Positions 1 to 9,384 of a DNA stretch of 64,000 nucleotides are shown here, piece after piece; within the stretch, counting starts at the first letter, position 1; every line of letters begins with the position of its first letter. The stretch comes from Alphaproteobacteria bacterium (GTDB lineage: Bacteria > Pseudomonadota > Alphaproteobacteria > TMED109), in NCBI GenBank assembly GCA_965116745.1, contig OZ220701.1, forward strand, positions 436,744-500,743, in the 5' to 3' direction. Under the pieces are notes generated by a model. The model was not told where the DNA came from. It searched no databases and saw only the letters and a program-made list of their open reading frames with translations. Position numbers and translations under genes: made by a program.

Positions 1-2011
1 CCTCGCGGCGGCGGAGCGCCGCGCGCACCCGCGCCACCAGCTCGGTCGGCGAGAACGGCTTGACGACGTAGTCGGCCGCGCCCGCCTCGAGCGCCGCGGC
101 CACGGTCTCGTCGCGGCCGTAGCCCGAGATGAAGATCACCGGCAGGTCGGAGAGTTCGGGCGTCTCCTGCATCAGCTCGATGCCGTCTTTGCCGGGCAGG
201 ATCATGTCGAGCAGCACCAGGCGCGGCTTCTCGCTGCGGATGAGGTGCGCAATCTCCCCGGGATCGCCGGTCACCAGCGGGGCGTAGCCGGCCCTGGCGA
301 GCGCGTCGCGCACCGAGCGCAGCGTGCGGGGGTCGTCGTCGACCACGAGAATGCGCGCCTTTTCGCCCGGCTGCTGGCCGGGCGGCGGTCCGGCGGGCGC
401 CGCGGCGCCGGGCTCCCCGGCCACGGGCAGGGTGAAGGTCACGGTGGCGCCATGCCCGACGCCGGCGCTCTCGGCCCGGATGCGCCCGCCATGGGCCTCG
501 ACCAGCCCCTTGCAGATCGCGAGGCCCAGCCCGTAGCCGGCCTTCGACCCGTTCTGGCCATGCTTGTCGAAGAGCCGCGGCAACTGCTCCGGCGCGATCC
601 CGCGGCCCTCGTCGGTGACCGAGACGGTGATCTGGCCGCCCTCGCGCACCGCCGAGACCCGGATGGGCGCGGACTCCGGCGCATGCCGGGCGGCGTTGGC
701 GAAGAGGTTGTTCAGCACCTGCACGACGCGGCGCCGGTCGGCCATGGCGCGCGGCAGGCCGGCGGCAAGGTCAACGAGGACGGCGTGCCGCCCGCCCCCG
801 CCAACGAAGGTGTCCCGCGCCCGTTCCACCAGCTCGGCCAGCTCCGTGGGCTCGGGCGCGACCGAGAGCGTGCCGGTGTCGATGCGGCCCGCGTCGAGCA
901 GGTCGCCGATCAGGCCGCGCATGTGGCCGGACTGCTGGAAGATGATGCGGTGGAACTCGCGCATCTCGGCCGGGTCGAGCGCCGCGGCGTCGTCCAGCAG
1001 CGTCGACGCCGAGCCCCGGATCGCGGCCAGCGGCTCGCGCAGCTCGTGGCTCACCAGGCCGAGAAACTCGGTGCGCAGCCGCTCGATCTCGTCGAGCGGC
1101 GCCAGGTCCTGGACGGTCACCACCACCGAGCCGACGGCGCCGTCCTCGGCGAGGATCGGCGTGGCGTTGACCAGCACCCGGATGCTGCGCCCGTCCGGCA
1201 CCGAGATCAGCATCTCCTCGGCGCGCACGGTCTCGCCGCTGCGCACCACCTCTTCGATCGGGAACTCGCCCAGGCTCACCTCGCTGCCGTCGGCGCGGCG
1301 GATGGTCACCACCTCGAGGAGCTGCTCGGGCGGGTGGCCCGGCATGCGCAGTCTCTCCCCCATCCGCCGCGCCTCGCGGTTGAACGAGACCGGCCGGCCG
1401 CTCTCCGCGTCGAGCACCAGGACGCCGACCGGCGACGTCTCGACCAGGGCCTCGAGATCGGCCTTGGCGCGGCGCTCGTCGCGGTGGGTGCGCGCGTTGG
1501 CGATCGCCGAGGCGGCCTGCGAGGCGAACAGGGTCAGCACCTCCTCGTCCGCGTTCGTGAACGCTTCCCCGTCCGCCTTGTCGGCGAGGAAGAAGCTGCC
1601 GACGTCGGCGTCGTGGTGGCGCATCGGCGTGCCCTGGAAGGTGCGGGCGAAGGCCGGGGCGGGCTCGATGCCGAGCGCGCGGACATAGTCCGAGAGGTCG
1701 TCGAGCCTGAGCGGCCCGTCCAGGGCGCGGAAGTGCGCGAACAGGCGCACGCTGTCGGGCCAGGCAAAAAGTTCCTGTTTCTCTTCCGGGGTGAAGCCCG
1801 AGAACACGAAGTCGAGCGGCGCGCCGGCCTCGTCCACCGTGGCGATGACACCCCAGCGGGCGCCGGTGAGCGCGCGGGCGCTCTTCACCACCTCGTCGAG
1901 GACGGTGTCGAGGTCGAGGCTCGCGTTGATCCGGAGGATGGCCGCGTTGAGGGTGGCGATGCGCTGGCGCAGCGCCGCGATCTCCCGTTTCAGGTCGCCG
2001 GACTCCGTCAA
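1..2011 (-). CDS. hybrid sensor histidine kinase/response regulator (GAF-PAS-HisKA-HATPase_c-REC); C-terminus runs off the left edge
   Basis: Reverse-strand translation starts at TTG (2011), preceded by GGGAGG. It shows an H-box (EFLGLVSHELREPL), an N-box (VLNNLFANAARH) and G-boxes (DEGRGI, GYGLGLAICKG). A receiver domain follows (ILVVDDD ... LVLLDMILPGKDG ... VVKPFSPTEL). It is absent from the ORF track because no stop lies in the window. The + ORF 245..2014 is its antisense shadow. Confidence 0.85.
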   Translation of the reverse strand, partial: MTESGDLKREIAALRQRIATLNAAILRINASLDLDTVLDEVVKSARALTGARWGVIATVDEAGAPLDFVFSGFTPEEKQELFAWPDSVRLFAHFRALDGPLRLDDLSDYVRALGIEPAPAFARTFQGTPMRHHDADVGSFFLADKADGEAFTNADEEVLTLFASQAASAIANARTHRDERRAKADLEALVETSPVGVLVLDAESGRPVSFNREARRMGERLRMPGHPPEQLLEVVTIRRADGSEVSLGEFPIEEVVRSGETVRAEEMLISVPDGRSIRVLVNATPILAEDGAVGSVVVTVQDLAPLDEIERLRTEFLGLVSHELREPLAAIRGSASTLLDDAAALDPAEMREFHRIIFQQSGHMRGLIGDLLDAGRIDTGTLSVAPEPTELAELVERARDTFVGGGGRHAVLVDLAAGLPRAMADRRRVVQVLNNLFANAARHAPESAPIRVSAVREGGQITVSVTDEGRGIAPEQLPRLFDKHGQNGSKAGYGLGLAICKGLVEAHGGRIRAESAGVGHGATVTFTLPVAGEPGAAAPAGPPPGQQPGEKARILVVDDDPRTLRSVRDALARAGYAPLVTGDPGEIAHLIRSEKPRLVLLDMILPGKDGIELMQETPELSDLPVIFISGYGRDETVAAALEAGAADYVVKPFSPTELVARVRAALRRRE

Positions 2012-2268
2012 TAGGGCCTCCCTGGTTCGGACACGGGGCTTGCGGTCCGCCGCGCCGCCTGCATGCGGCGGACCGCAACAGTCATTATTCAGCCAACACC
2101 ACAATGGCCATTTTCTGCACGCAAGTTTTACAGCAAGCCGCGTATAACCCAGACAACATGTAACGGCGCGTGGCCGCCGGCGGGTCCGGATCCCGCAACC
2201 ATGGCGCGAGCGGGAAGCTGGCGTGCCGGGGGCCGGTGCGTCGAGCGTCGGCGACAGGAGAGACGGGC

Positions 2269-2662
2269 ATGAGACGACCTTCTGTGTGCGGCCTGGCAAT
2301 CGCAGTTGCCGTCTCGCTCGCGGCCTGCGGCGGGGGCGGCGATCCGGTGTCCTGGCGGGTGTCCACGCTGGGCGAGATCCTGGAACTGACCGGCCTGTCG
2401 GCGCCGGCCGAGACGGCGGTGGCGCGGTACCGGCCGCCGGCCGGCGCGCACCGTGAAGCGCCGTGGAAGGAAGACGCGTGAACCGGGACGACGCCTTCGA
2501 GCGAATCCTGGCGTTGCTGCACGAGACGACGCCCTGTGGCCGGAGACGAGCGCCCTGGACGACGGGCTGGACGGACGGTTCTACGGGCCGAACCACGAGG
2601 AGGCCGGTGGCGTCTTCGAGCGCGACGACATCGCGGGCGCTTTTTCGCTGAAGCGCGATTGA
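2269..2662 (+). pseudogene. decayed TbpB/fHbp-like surface lipoprotein (frameshifted)
   Basis: Lipobox signal MRRPSVCGLAIAVAVSLAAC-GGGG sits in frame 1. The family-typical C-terminal strand GRFYGPNHEEAGGVFERDDIAGAFSLKRD sits in frame 2. At least one frameshift separates them. Confidence 0.4.
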
Positions 2663-2861
2663 GCGGCTGCGGGAAGGGTGCCGTCCGATAGTCGCTGATG
2701 GCGAAGGCGGTCGTTTTCACTGCCTTGTCGAACAGGTCTGCAAACGGTGTATGGAACTTCTCCGGGACCACCTCGATCCGGTGGTCTGGATCCCAGAGCG
2801 TGAAGTACTTGCGGCACCGCTGCTCCGTTCCGAGCATCTGTCCGTAGGGTCTGAGACTGGA

Positions 2862-3077
2862 TCCTTGCGCGCCCTTGCCGAGCTCGGGTTCCTGCCGGCC
2901 TATAGCCCCGACTACAACCCGATCGAGCTGGCCTTCTCCGGGCTCACGGCGCTGCTCGGCCAGGCCGCCGAGCGCAACATCGAATGCATCTGGGACGCCA
3001 TCGAGCGCATCCTCGACGCCTCCGCACCCAGCGAACGCTGCAACTACTTCAAGGCCACCGGATATGATCCAGGTTGA
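2862..3077 (+). pseudogene. IS630-family transposase, C-terminal fragment only
   Basis: The translation ...FLPAYSPDYNPIELAFSGLTALLGQAAERNIECIWDAIERILD...CNYFKATGY matches the DDE_3 C-terminal block of IS630 transposases (SPDxNPIE). No N-terminal part is present. Confidence 0.7.
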
Positions 3078-3113
3078 TCGGATTGCGCTCTGGCCTTCCC
3101 CGGGAGTGACCGC

Positions 3114-4088
3114 ATGAAACCGAACGGAATCCTTCTCGGCCTCGTCCTGGCGCTGGCGGCAGGGGGCTGCGTGACCGACACGGAGTACCGTGAAGAACGG
3201 GCCATCGATCTAGACCGCAACTCCGACTTCGATGGAACCAAGCTGCGGCTCTATCTGACGCTGGAAGAGGACGGTCGCCTGGTTTCCGTCAACACCGAGG
3301 ACGACGCCATCGGAACCAGTCCCAGTCCTACCCCCATACCGGGGCACGCGGCCCGGCAGTGGACGTTCGAGAAGGACCGGGGGGAGGAGGGCTTCACGAT
3401 TGCCCATGCGGTGGTGAGCTGGGACCCCGACAACCCGGCCGACTACCTCCTGGCTGGGTGGTGGTCCGAGTTCCCCGCCGATGCGGAGTCGGTTTGGGAT
3501 GGCGAAAGGTGGAGGCTGGTCGACGGCCCCGAGCTGGATCACGGCGTCACGCCGGAAATCCCGATCGCCGGCACGGCCTCGTATGTCGGCCCCGCGGGCG
3601 GGCTCTACCTCTATGTCCCCGGAAGCGACTGGGGCGAGGACGAGGGCAAGTTCGTGATCGAAGAGTACCAGGGCACGATCAACATCACGGCGGACTTTCA
3701 GGACGGCACGCTCAAGGGCTGCGTCGGCTGCATCGGCGATCTCGTCACCACGCGGGCCCATTTCGGCGTGTTCCTCGGTGCGGAACTGCTGGACGTGCAG
3801 GAGACCGCCAGGGACTACGAACTGCATCTCGGCACCGCGATTATTCGCCCGGACTGGGATGGCCAGTTTCACCGTGATCGGGTGACGCTGCAGCATCCGA
3901 CGCGGGATATCACGCTGTCGGATGGGTTCTGGGGCGGCGCTGTCTCGAGCAAGCAGGATGCCGACGGCAACCCCCGTGTGATCGGTGGCTTCAACTCCGT
4001 CTACTTCGAAGAAGGCGACGGCAGCATTGGCCGGATTGACGGATCGTTCATGGCCCCGAGCGAGACCTTCGCGGCGTCAGTGAACTAG
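3114..4088 (+). CDS. surface/periplasmic lipoprotein with a TbpB/fHbp-like beta-barrel region
   Basis: Lipobox MKPNGILLGLVLALAAGGC. An internal block, GTASYVGPAGGLYLY...GKFVIEEYQGTINITADFQDGTLKGCVG, resembles the 8-stranded lipoprotein barrel repeat (A.Y.G...G...F.G...l..dF..gtl.G). Confidence 0.7.
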   Translation: MKPNGILLGLVLALAAGGCVTDTEYREERAIDLDRNSDFDGTKLRLYLTLEEDGRLVSVNTEDDAIGTSPSPTPIPGHAARQWTFEKDRGEEGFTIAHAVVSWDPDNPADYLLAGWWSEFPADAESVWDGERWRLVDGPELDHGVTPEIPIAGTASYVGPAGGLYLYVPGSDWGEDEGKFVIEEYQGTINITADFQDGTLKGCVGCIGDLVTTRAHFGVFLGAELLDVQETARDYELHLGTAIIRPDWDGQFHRDRVTLQHPTRDITLSDGFWGGAVSSKQDADGNPRVIGGFNSVYFEEGDGSIGRIDGSFMAPSETFAASVN

Positions 4089-4236
4089 GGAAGGTCCGAA
4101 TAGGTGGGGTTTTGGGCTTTGGGAGGTTCGCGTGGGCTGCTCGCCGTGTCAGGGAGCGTGCGGAGTCTTCGGCACCACCTGATAGTTGGTGCCTTTCCGT
4201 CGTTTCGGGGAAGTCGGGGCACACGGGGGCCGGGGT

Positions 4237-4326
4237 TCAGGCCGTCGCGTAACGGCCGGCGATCAGCAGGTTCGTGAAGCCGAGTAGCAGGGCGATGCGC
4301 TGGGTGTTCTTCGCCAGAAAGGCCGA
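4237..4326 (-). pseudogene. IS5-family transposase, extreme C-terminal remnant
   Basis: Reverse translation LAKNTQRIALLLGFTNLLIAGRYATA-stop matches the conserved GLAKNT...NL...R tail of IS5-family transposases. Confidence 0.5.
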
Positions 4327-4382
4327 AGGGCGTCCCGATCCTGCTTCCTAACCGCTCAAACGTTCGCGCGAAGCAAGCCGAT

Positions 4383-4829
4383 TTGCTGCTCCGGGTTCGT
4401 AACGCGTCCCCGGTATTCCTCGAACGGGTGGTCGTGGATTTGCTGGTCGCGATGGGCTACGGCGGCGGCGACAGCGCCAGGAGCCGCGTGACCAGCCGCG
4501 CGTGGGACGGCGGCATCGACGGCACGATCCGGGAAGATGCGCTCGGGCTCGACGAGGTTTACGTGCAAGCTAAGAAGTACGCCGCTGGCAACCATGTCGG
4601 GGAGGGCGAAGTCCCGGAGGTCGCCGGTGCCATCGACGTGGCGGGGACGACCAAGGGTGTGTGCGTCACCACCTCCGGCTTTACCCGGTCGGCGCGGGAC
4701 TACGTGAAACGCAGTCCGAAGCGGATCGTTCTGATCGACGGGGAGGAACTTGCCCGGTTGATGGTCCGCCATGGCGTCTGGGTGCGGACTTGGATCCACT
4801 ACGAGGTCAGGCGGATCGACGGGGATTAA
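4383..4829 (+). pseudogene. Mrr-type restriction endonuclease, catalytic domain only (N-terminal winged-helix part missing)
   Basis: FLERVVVDLLVAMGYGG...DGGIDGTIREDALGLDEVYVQAKKY...KGVCVTTSGFTRSARDYVKRSPKRIVLIDGEELARLMVRHGV is the Mrr_cat (D-(D/E)xK) core. The ORF begins exactly where the catalytic domain begins. Confidence 0.7.
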
Positions 4830-4853
4830 TTCGATCAGGAAGAGTTCTGGATC

Positions 4854-5012
4854 GTGTGCCTGTCGTGGAATGAGGTGCGCGCCCGCGCCGCCGCCTTCGC
4901 TGAGGACTGGAAGGACGCGGCCTACGAGAAGGGCGATACGCAGAGCTTCTACAACGCCTTCTTCGACGTGTTCGGGATGCGGCGTCGGAACGTCGCGCGA
5001 TACGAGTCGTGA
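4854..5012 (+). pseudogene. type IIG/YeeA-like DNA methyltransferase, N-terminal ~50 aa fragment
   Basis: LSWNEVRARAAAFAEDWKDAAYEKGDTQSFYNAFFDVFGMRRRNVARYES-stop matches my memory of the conserved N-terminus of large class I SAM-dependent DNA methyltransferase/restriction fusions. It is truncated by a stop. Confidence 0.5.
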
Positions 5013-5177
5013 TCAGCCCCGATCGATTGGTCCAGCCGTAATGTTGGTGCTGAGCGGGACGTGCCGCATCACCAATGAGTGCGCCAAGCCTTGAGCAGGC
5101 TCTGCGCCTCTCGCAACGAGACGACTGCTGCCGGTCAGGCGGCCTGGCCCGAAACCGGGCAGCAGCCGACGGAACCG

Positions 5178-6965
5178 TCAGGGCCGGGGAAGAGCTTGTT
5201 GCCGGGCCTCGTCGTCGCCGGGACCAAGTGCATCGATCATCATTTGCCGCATGCGGAATTTCTGCGGTTTGCCCGTAACGGTCATCGGTACGTCCGCCAC
5301 CACTCGGATGAAACGGGGAATCTTGTAATGCGCAATGTTTCCCTCGCAGAAATTGCGGATGTCTTGTTCTGACAATTCGGAACCCGCGGCCGGAATGACC
5401 CAGGCGCAGACCGCTTCACCGAAACTGGCATCCGGGATACCGAACACGTGCGCTTCACGAACCTGCGGATGGCCGAACAGGTACTCCTCGATTTCACGCG
5501 GGTAGATGTTCTCGCCCCCCCGGATGATCATGTCCTTGACCCGACCGGTGATGGTGCAGAAACCCGCGGCGTCGAGGCGGGCCAGATCGCCGGTGTGCAT
5601 CCAGCCGTCGCGGACGCTCGCCTGCGTCGCCTTCTCGTCGTCCCAGTACCCCTTCATGGTGGAGTAGCCACGGGTACACAGTTCGCCCTCCTCGCCGACC
5701 GGGAGCACCCTTCCGCCCGAATCGACGATCCGGGCCTCCAGGTGCGGATGAATCCGCCCGACCGTGTTGCAGCGCTGCTCGACCGGGTCGTCGACCATGC
5801 TCTGAAACGACACCGGCGAGGTCTCGGTCATGCCGTAGCAGATGGTGAGTTCCGGCATGTGCATCTCGTGCAGGACCCGGTCCATGATCACCTTCGGACA
5901 AGGTGCGCCGGCCATGATCCCGGTCCGCATCCGGGCGAGTTGCAGATCGCGTGCGGGAAGCTGATCCAGCATGGCGACAAACATCGTCGGCACGCCGTAC
6001 AGCGCGCTGCAACGCTCATCGGCAACCGCGGCAAGCGTCGCCTCGGCATCGAAGCCTTCACCGGGGAACACCATCGCGGCGCCCTTGCTGATCGCCCCGA
6101 GGACCCCCATCACCATGCCGAAGCAGTGGTAAAGGGGGACGGGGATGCACAGTCGGTCGTCCTCGGTGAGACGGATCCGGTCCGTGACGAAGCGCGCATT
6201 GTTCACGATGTTCCGGTGGGTCAGCGTGGCACCCTTCGGCGCTCCGGTCGTGCCGGACGTGAACTGGATGTTGATCGCGTCATCGGGGGCCAGCGTCGAG
6301 TCGACGGCCGCGAGCCGGAGGGCTTGCGCGGGTCCGGCGAGCCCGGCCAGGCCGGCAAACGCGTAGCTCCCCGGCCCCGGATCATCGCCCAGGGCGATGA
6401 CGCTCCGGAGGTGCGGCAGCCGTTCCGCGCGCAGGCCGCCGGGCCGGCACCGGTCGAGTTCCGGCGCCAGCTGCCGCAGCATGCGCAGGTATGCCGACGA
6501 CTTGAAGCTCTCGGCCAGCACCAGCGCGCGACACCCGGAACGGTTGAGCGCGAACTGGAGTTCCGTCGACCGGTACGCCGGGTTGACGGTGACCAAGATC
6601 GCGCCGATGCGGGCGGTGGCGAGCTGCGTCAGCACCCATTCGTACCGGTTGGGCGACCAGATCCCGACCCGGTCGCCTTTTTCCAGCCCGATGGCGAGGA
6701 GCCCGGCCGCGAGGGCATCGGTGTCGCGGCGGAGGTCGTGATAGCTCCGCCGGATCGACTGGTGCGGACAGACCACGGCGTCACGCGGCCCGAATCGCGA
6801 GACGGCTCGCCCGAGCAGCTGCGGAACCGTGATCGCCTCGAGCGGCGGCGCGGCGGGTCCACGCACGTACGACTCGCCGTGGGCGGGAACGGGGTCGCGT
6901 GCAGGGGACGGTGCGGTACCGAAGTTGGCAACCTGGCCCGCCAGGCTCTGGGTCAGAATGTTCAC
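5178..6965 (-). CDS. AMP-dependent acyl-CoA synthetase/ligase (ACSF2/fatty-acyl-CoA synthase-like)
   Basis: AMP-binding motif FTSGTTGAPKGATLTHRNI is present, with an ANL-type C-terminus (GDLARLDAAGFCTITGRVKDMIIRGGENIYPREIEE...KIPRFI...TGKPQKF). I prefer the GTG at 6965, because the ATG at 7022 would overlap the upstream gene. Confidence 0.9.
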   Translation of the reverse strand: MNILTQSLAGQVANFGTAPSPARDPVPAHGESYVRGPAAPPLEAITVPQLLGRAVSRFGPRDAVVCPHQSIRRSYHDLRRDTDALAAGLLAIGLEKGDRVGIWSPNRYEWVLTQLATARIGAILVTVNPAYRSTELQFALNRSGCRALVLAESFKSSAYLRMLRQLAPELDRCRPGGLRAERLPHLRSVIALGDDPGPGSYAFAGLAGLAGPAQALRLAAVDSTLAPDDAINIQFTSGTTGAPKGATLTHRNIVNNARFVTDRIRLTEDDRLCIPVPLYHCFGMVMGVLGAISKGAAMVFPGEGFDAEATLAAVADERCSALYGVPTMFVAMLDQLPARDLQLARMRTGIMAGAPCPKVIMDRVLHEMHMPELTICYGMTETSPVSFQSMVDDPVEQRCNTVGRIHPHLEARIVDSGGRVLPVGEEGELCTRGYSTMKGYWDDEKATQASVRDGWMHTGDLARLDAAGFCTITGRVKDMIIRGGENIYPREIEEYLFGHPQVREAHVFGIPDASFGEAVCAWVIPAAGSELSEQDIRNFCEGNIAHYKIPRFIRVVADVPMTVTGKPQKFRMRQMMIDALGPGDDEARQQALPRP

Positions 6966-6975
6966 GGGAGCTTCG

Positions 6976-9384
6976 CTACATCGTCCGCCAGTCGCCGGCC
7001 TGCTCGAAGGCGTGCGCGGCACGGTAGATCGTGGCTTCCCGATGGGGGCCTCCGACCAGCATCATGCCGATCGGCAGCCCGTCGCTCATCCCGCAGGGGA
7101 CGTTCATCGCCGGCAGGCCGCCGTTGAACGGTGCCGTGTTGCCGATGTTCTCGAACGCCCGCTGGATATAGAGCGCGATCGAGCAATCCGGGGGCGGGAT
7201 TTCCTGCGCCTTCATCGGCAGCGTCGGCAGCAGGAGGAGGTCGTGCGCCTCGAGCGCTCGCGCGTAGGCCGCGTTCGCCTTGCGCATCAGGTTCTGCGCC
7301 TTCCCGTAGAAACGGCCGCGGTACTGCCGGCGGAAGTGTTCGCCGAGAAACATGCAGACCTTCAGGGAGTGGCTGAGCTCGTCCGCTCGCGTCCGCCACT
7401 GGGCCATGTGATCGATCATCGACGGCAGGAACAGGCCGCGGCAGTTCGTGCCGGCCGCGTTGCCGTGCATCATCTGGTCCTGAAGGCCTTCGACGGCGAT
7501 CGCCGTCCAGCAGTCAAGGGCGAGGAAATGCTCCGGGACCGAGACCTCCTCGACGCTGGCGCCCAGGTCGCGGAAGCGGTCGGCCGCTTCGCGGACCTTG
7601 CGGTCCACATCCGGCTCGCTCTCCGGCCGGCCGAAGCCCTCCGTTAGCACCGCGATCCGAAGGTTTCGGGCACCCTGGCCGAGCGCCTCGGTGTAGCGGG
7701 CGGTCTTCGGGGCGCGCTGCCGGGAATCGAGCCCGTCGTCGCCGGCCAGCACCTCCAGCAGGAGGGCATTGTCGGCCACGGTACCGGTCACCGGCCCCGC
7801 GTGGTCGATCGTGCGCTCGATCGGCATGATCCCGGTGTACGGCACCAGGCCGTGCGTCGCCTTCATGCCGTACACGCCGCAGTTCGCCGAGGGGATCCGG
7901 ATGGATCCGCCCTGGTCGCCGGCAATCGCCATGTCGACTTCCCCGGCGGCGACGAGCGCCGCCGAGCCGCTCGACGAACCGCCCGCCATGTAGCCCCGCT
8001 TCCACGGGTTCTGGACCGGCCCCTTGGCGCCGGTGTGCGAGCCCGCCGACAGGCAGAGGTTCTCGCAGTGGGCCTTGCCCACGATCGTGGCGCCGGCGTC
8101 GAGCATGCGGGTGACGATCGTCGCATCGACTTCCGGCGTATAGCCTTCCATGATCGCCGAGCCGTTCATCATCGGCACGCCGGCGAGGCACACGGTGTCC
8201 TTCAGGACGATCCGCTTGCCCAGGAGCGGACCCTCCGGGGCGCCGCGCACGTCGGTCTTGACGTACCAGGCGTTCAATGGGTTTTCGGACGGTTCGGGGA
8301 AGTGCCCGGGTGCGCGCGGATAGCGCACCGGCGGCAGGTGGTCGGGGGCGGCGTCCAGCCGGTCGTAGGCCTGGACATAGGGCTCCATGACCTCCCGGTA
8401 CTGTTCGAGTTCGTGGTCGGTGAGTCCCATGCCGAACTGGTCGGCCATGGTGCGCATCTGGGCGAGCGAGGGTCGGTTGACGGTCATGGCGTTCGCTGTT
8501 CCGGGGAAGCCGCCGGCAGCATCGGCCGGCCGGGGTGCCGCCCGTTCCTCGGGGACACGTCCGTGGACCGGTGGAGCGGCCCGCTCGACGGGCGGCCCGT
8601 TTCCGGGCATTCCCGGGCGGGGTGACGGGGAGGAGGAAGCGGCGGACCGCGCCGGGCCGAGGCCAAGGAGTGTCTCGATTTCGGCAGGGTTCGCGAGGTC
8701 GGTGCGCCCGAGCTCGCCCGTGACCCGGCCCCGTTCCAGGATGAGGACTCGATCGGACAGGGCGGCGACGAAATCGAAGTTCTGCTCGACCAGCAGGATG
8801 GACAGCGCCGCCCGCTCCTGCAGCCCGCGCATGGTTTCGGCGATCTCGTCGATGATCGAGGGCTGGATGCCTTCGGTGGGCTCGTCGAGCATCAGGAAAT
8901 CGGGCTCGCCCATCAGGCACCGCGCGAGCGACAGGAGCTGCTGCTCCCCTCCGGACAGGGCGCCGCCCTTGCGGTCGAGCAGGTCGGCAAGGCGGGGGAA
9001 GGCGGCGAGAACCGTGTCCAGCACGTCGTCTTCGTGCTCGCCCGTGAAGCCCTGCCAGCCGAAGCGCAAATTGTCCCGGACGGTCAGTTGCGGAAAGATT
9101 CCCCGTTCCTGGGGGACGAAGCCGATGCCCATACGGGCGCGCTCGAACGGCGGCAGCGCGGTGATCGCGTGGCCGCGGTACCGGATGACGCCGGCCGTGG
9201 CGGGCAGGTGGCCCATGAGGAGGCGCAGCAGGGTGGACTTCCCCATGCCGTTGTGGCCGAGGATTCCCACCACCTCGTCCTCGAACACCTGGAGGTCGAC
9301 CCCGTGCAGGATGGGCACCTTCCCGTAGCCGCCCGTGAGCCCCTTGACGTCCAGGGCCGGCGTCGCCCCCGGGACCTCGGTCAC
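6976..9384 (-). CDS. LivF-type ABC ATPase fused in frame to an amidase-signature amidase
   Basis: Residues 1 to ~243 are the ATPase: Walker A GHNGMGKST, signature LSGGEQQ, Walker B FLMLDEPTEG. A ~56 aa Pro/Ala/Ser/Gly linker follows. From the internal Met at 8487 there is a complete amidase (MTVNRPSLAQMR...KDTVCLAGVPMMNGS...GGSSSGSAALVAAGEVDMAIAGDQGGSIRIPSANCGVYGMKATHG). No in-frame stop separates the two parts. Confidence 0.85.
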   Translation of the reverse strand: MTEVPGATPALDVKGLTGGYGKVPILHGVDLQVFEDEVVGILGHNGMGKSTLLRLLMGHLPATAGVIRYRGHAITALPPFERARMGIGFVPQERGIFPQLTVRDNLRFGWQGFTGEHEDDVLDTVLAAFPRLADLLDRKGGALSGGEQQLLSLARCLMGEPDFLMLDEPTEGIQPSIIDEIAETMRGLQERAALSILLVEQNFDFVAALSDRVLILERGRVTGELGRTDLANPAEIETLLGLGPARSAASSSPSPRPGMPGNGPPVERAAPPVHGRVPEERAAPRPADAAGGFPGTANAMTVNRPSLAQMRTMADQFGMGLTDHELEQYREVMEPYVQAYDRLDAAPDHLPPVRYPRAPGHFPEPSENPLNAWYVKTDVRGAPEGPLLGKRIVLKDTVCLAGVPMMNGSAIMEGYTPEVDATIVTRMLDAGATIVGKAHCENLCLSAGSHTGAKGPVQNPWKRGYMAGGSSSGSAALVAAGEVDMAIAGDQGGSIRIPSANCGVYGMKATHGLVPYTGIMPIERTIDHAGPVTGTVADNALLLEVLAGDDGLDSRQRAPKTARYTEALGQGARNLRIAVLTEGFGRPESEPDVDRKVREAADRFRDLGASVEEVSVPEHFLALDCWTAIAVEGLQDQMMHGNAAGTNCRGLFLPSMIDHMAQWRTRADELSHSLKVCMFLGEHFRRQYRGRFYGKAQNLMRKANAAYARALEAHDLLLLPTLPMKAQEIPPPDCSIALYIQRAFENIGNTAPFNGGLPAMNVPCGMSDGLPIGMMLVGGPHREATIYRAAHAFEQAGDWRTM

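Noticed and set aside
245-2014. 589-aa plus-strand ORF, plus other very long ORFs in the track: 5448..7127+, 7514..9493-, 13832..15031+, 18173..20149-, 34378..35970-, 37810..39600-, 58844..59863-, 58909..60114+ and 60087..61448-.
   Set aside because: Their translations are Arg/Pro/Gly/Ala-rich with no family motifs. Each lies antisense or out of frame over an ORF with clear family signatures. Such shadow ORFs are expected in DNA this GC-rich, where stop codons are rare.
2581-2837. Reverse-strand peptide MLGTEQRCRKYFTLWDPDHRIEVVPEKFHTPFADLFDKAVKTTAFAISDY, which looks like real coding sequence
   Set aside because: The composition is protein-like, but I cannot assign a family. The ORF then runs antisense into the decayed lipoprotein. 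It is probably another gene fragment and needs BLASTX.
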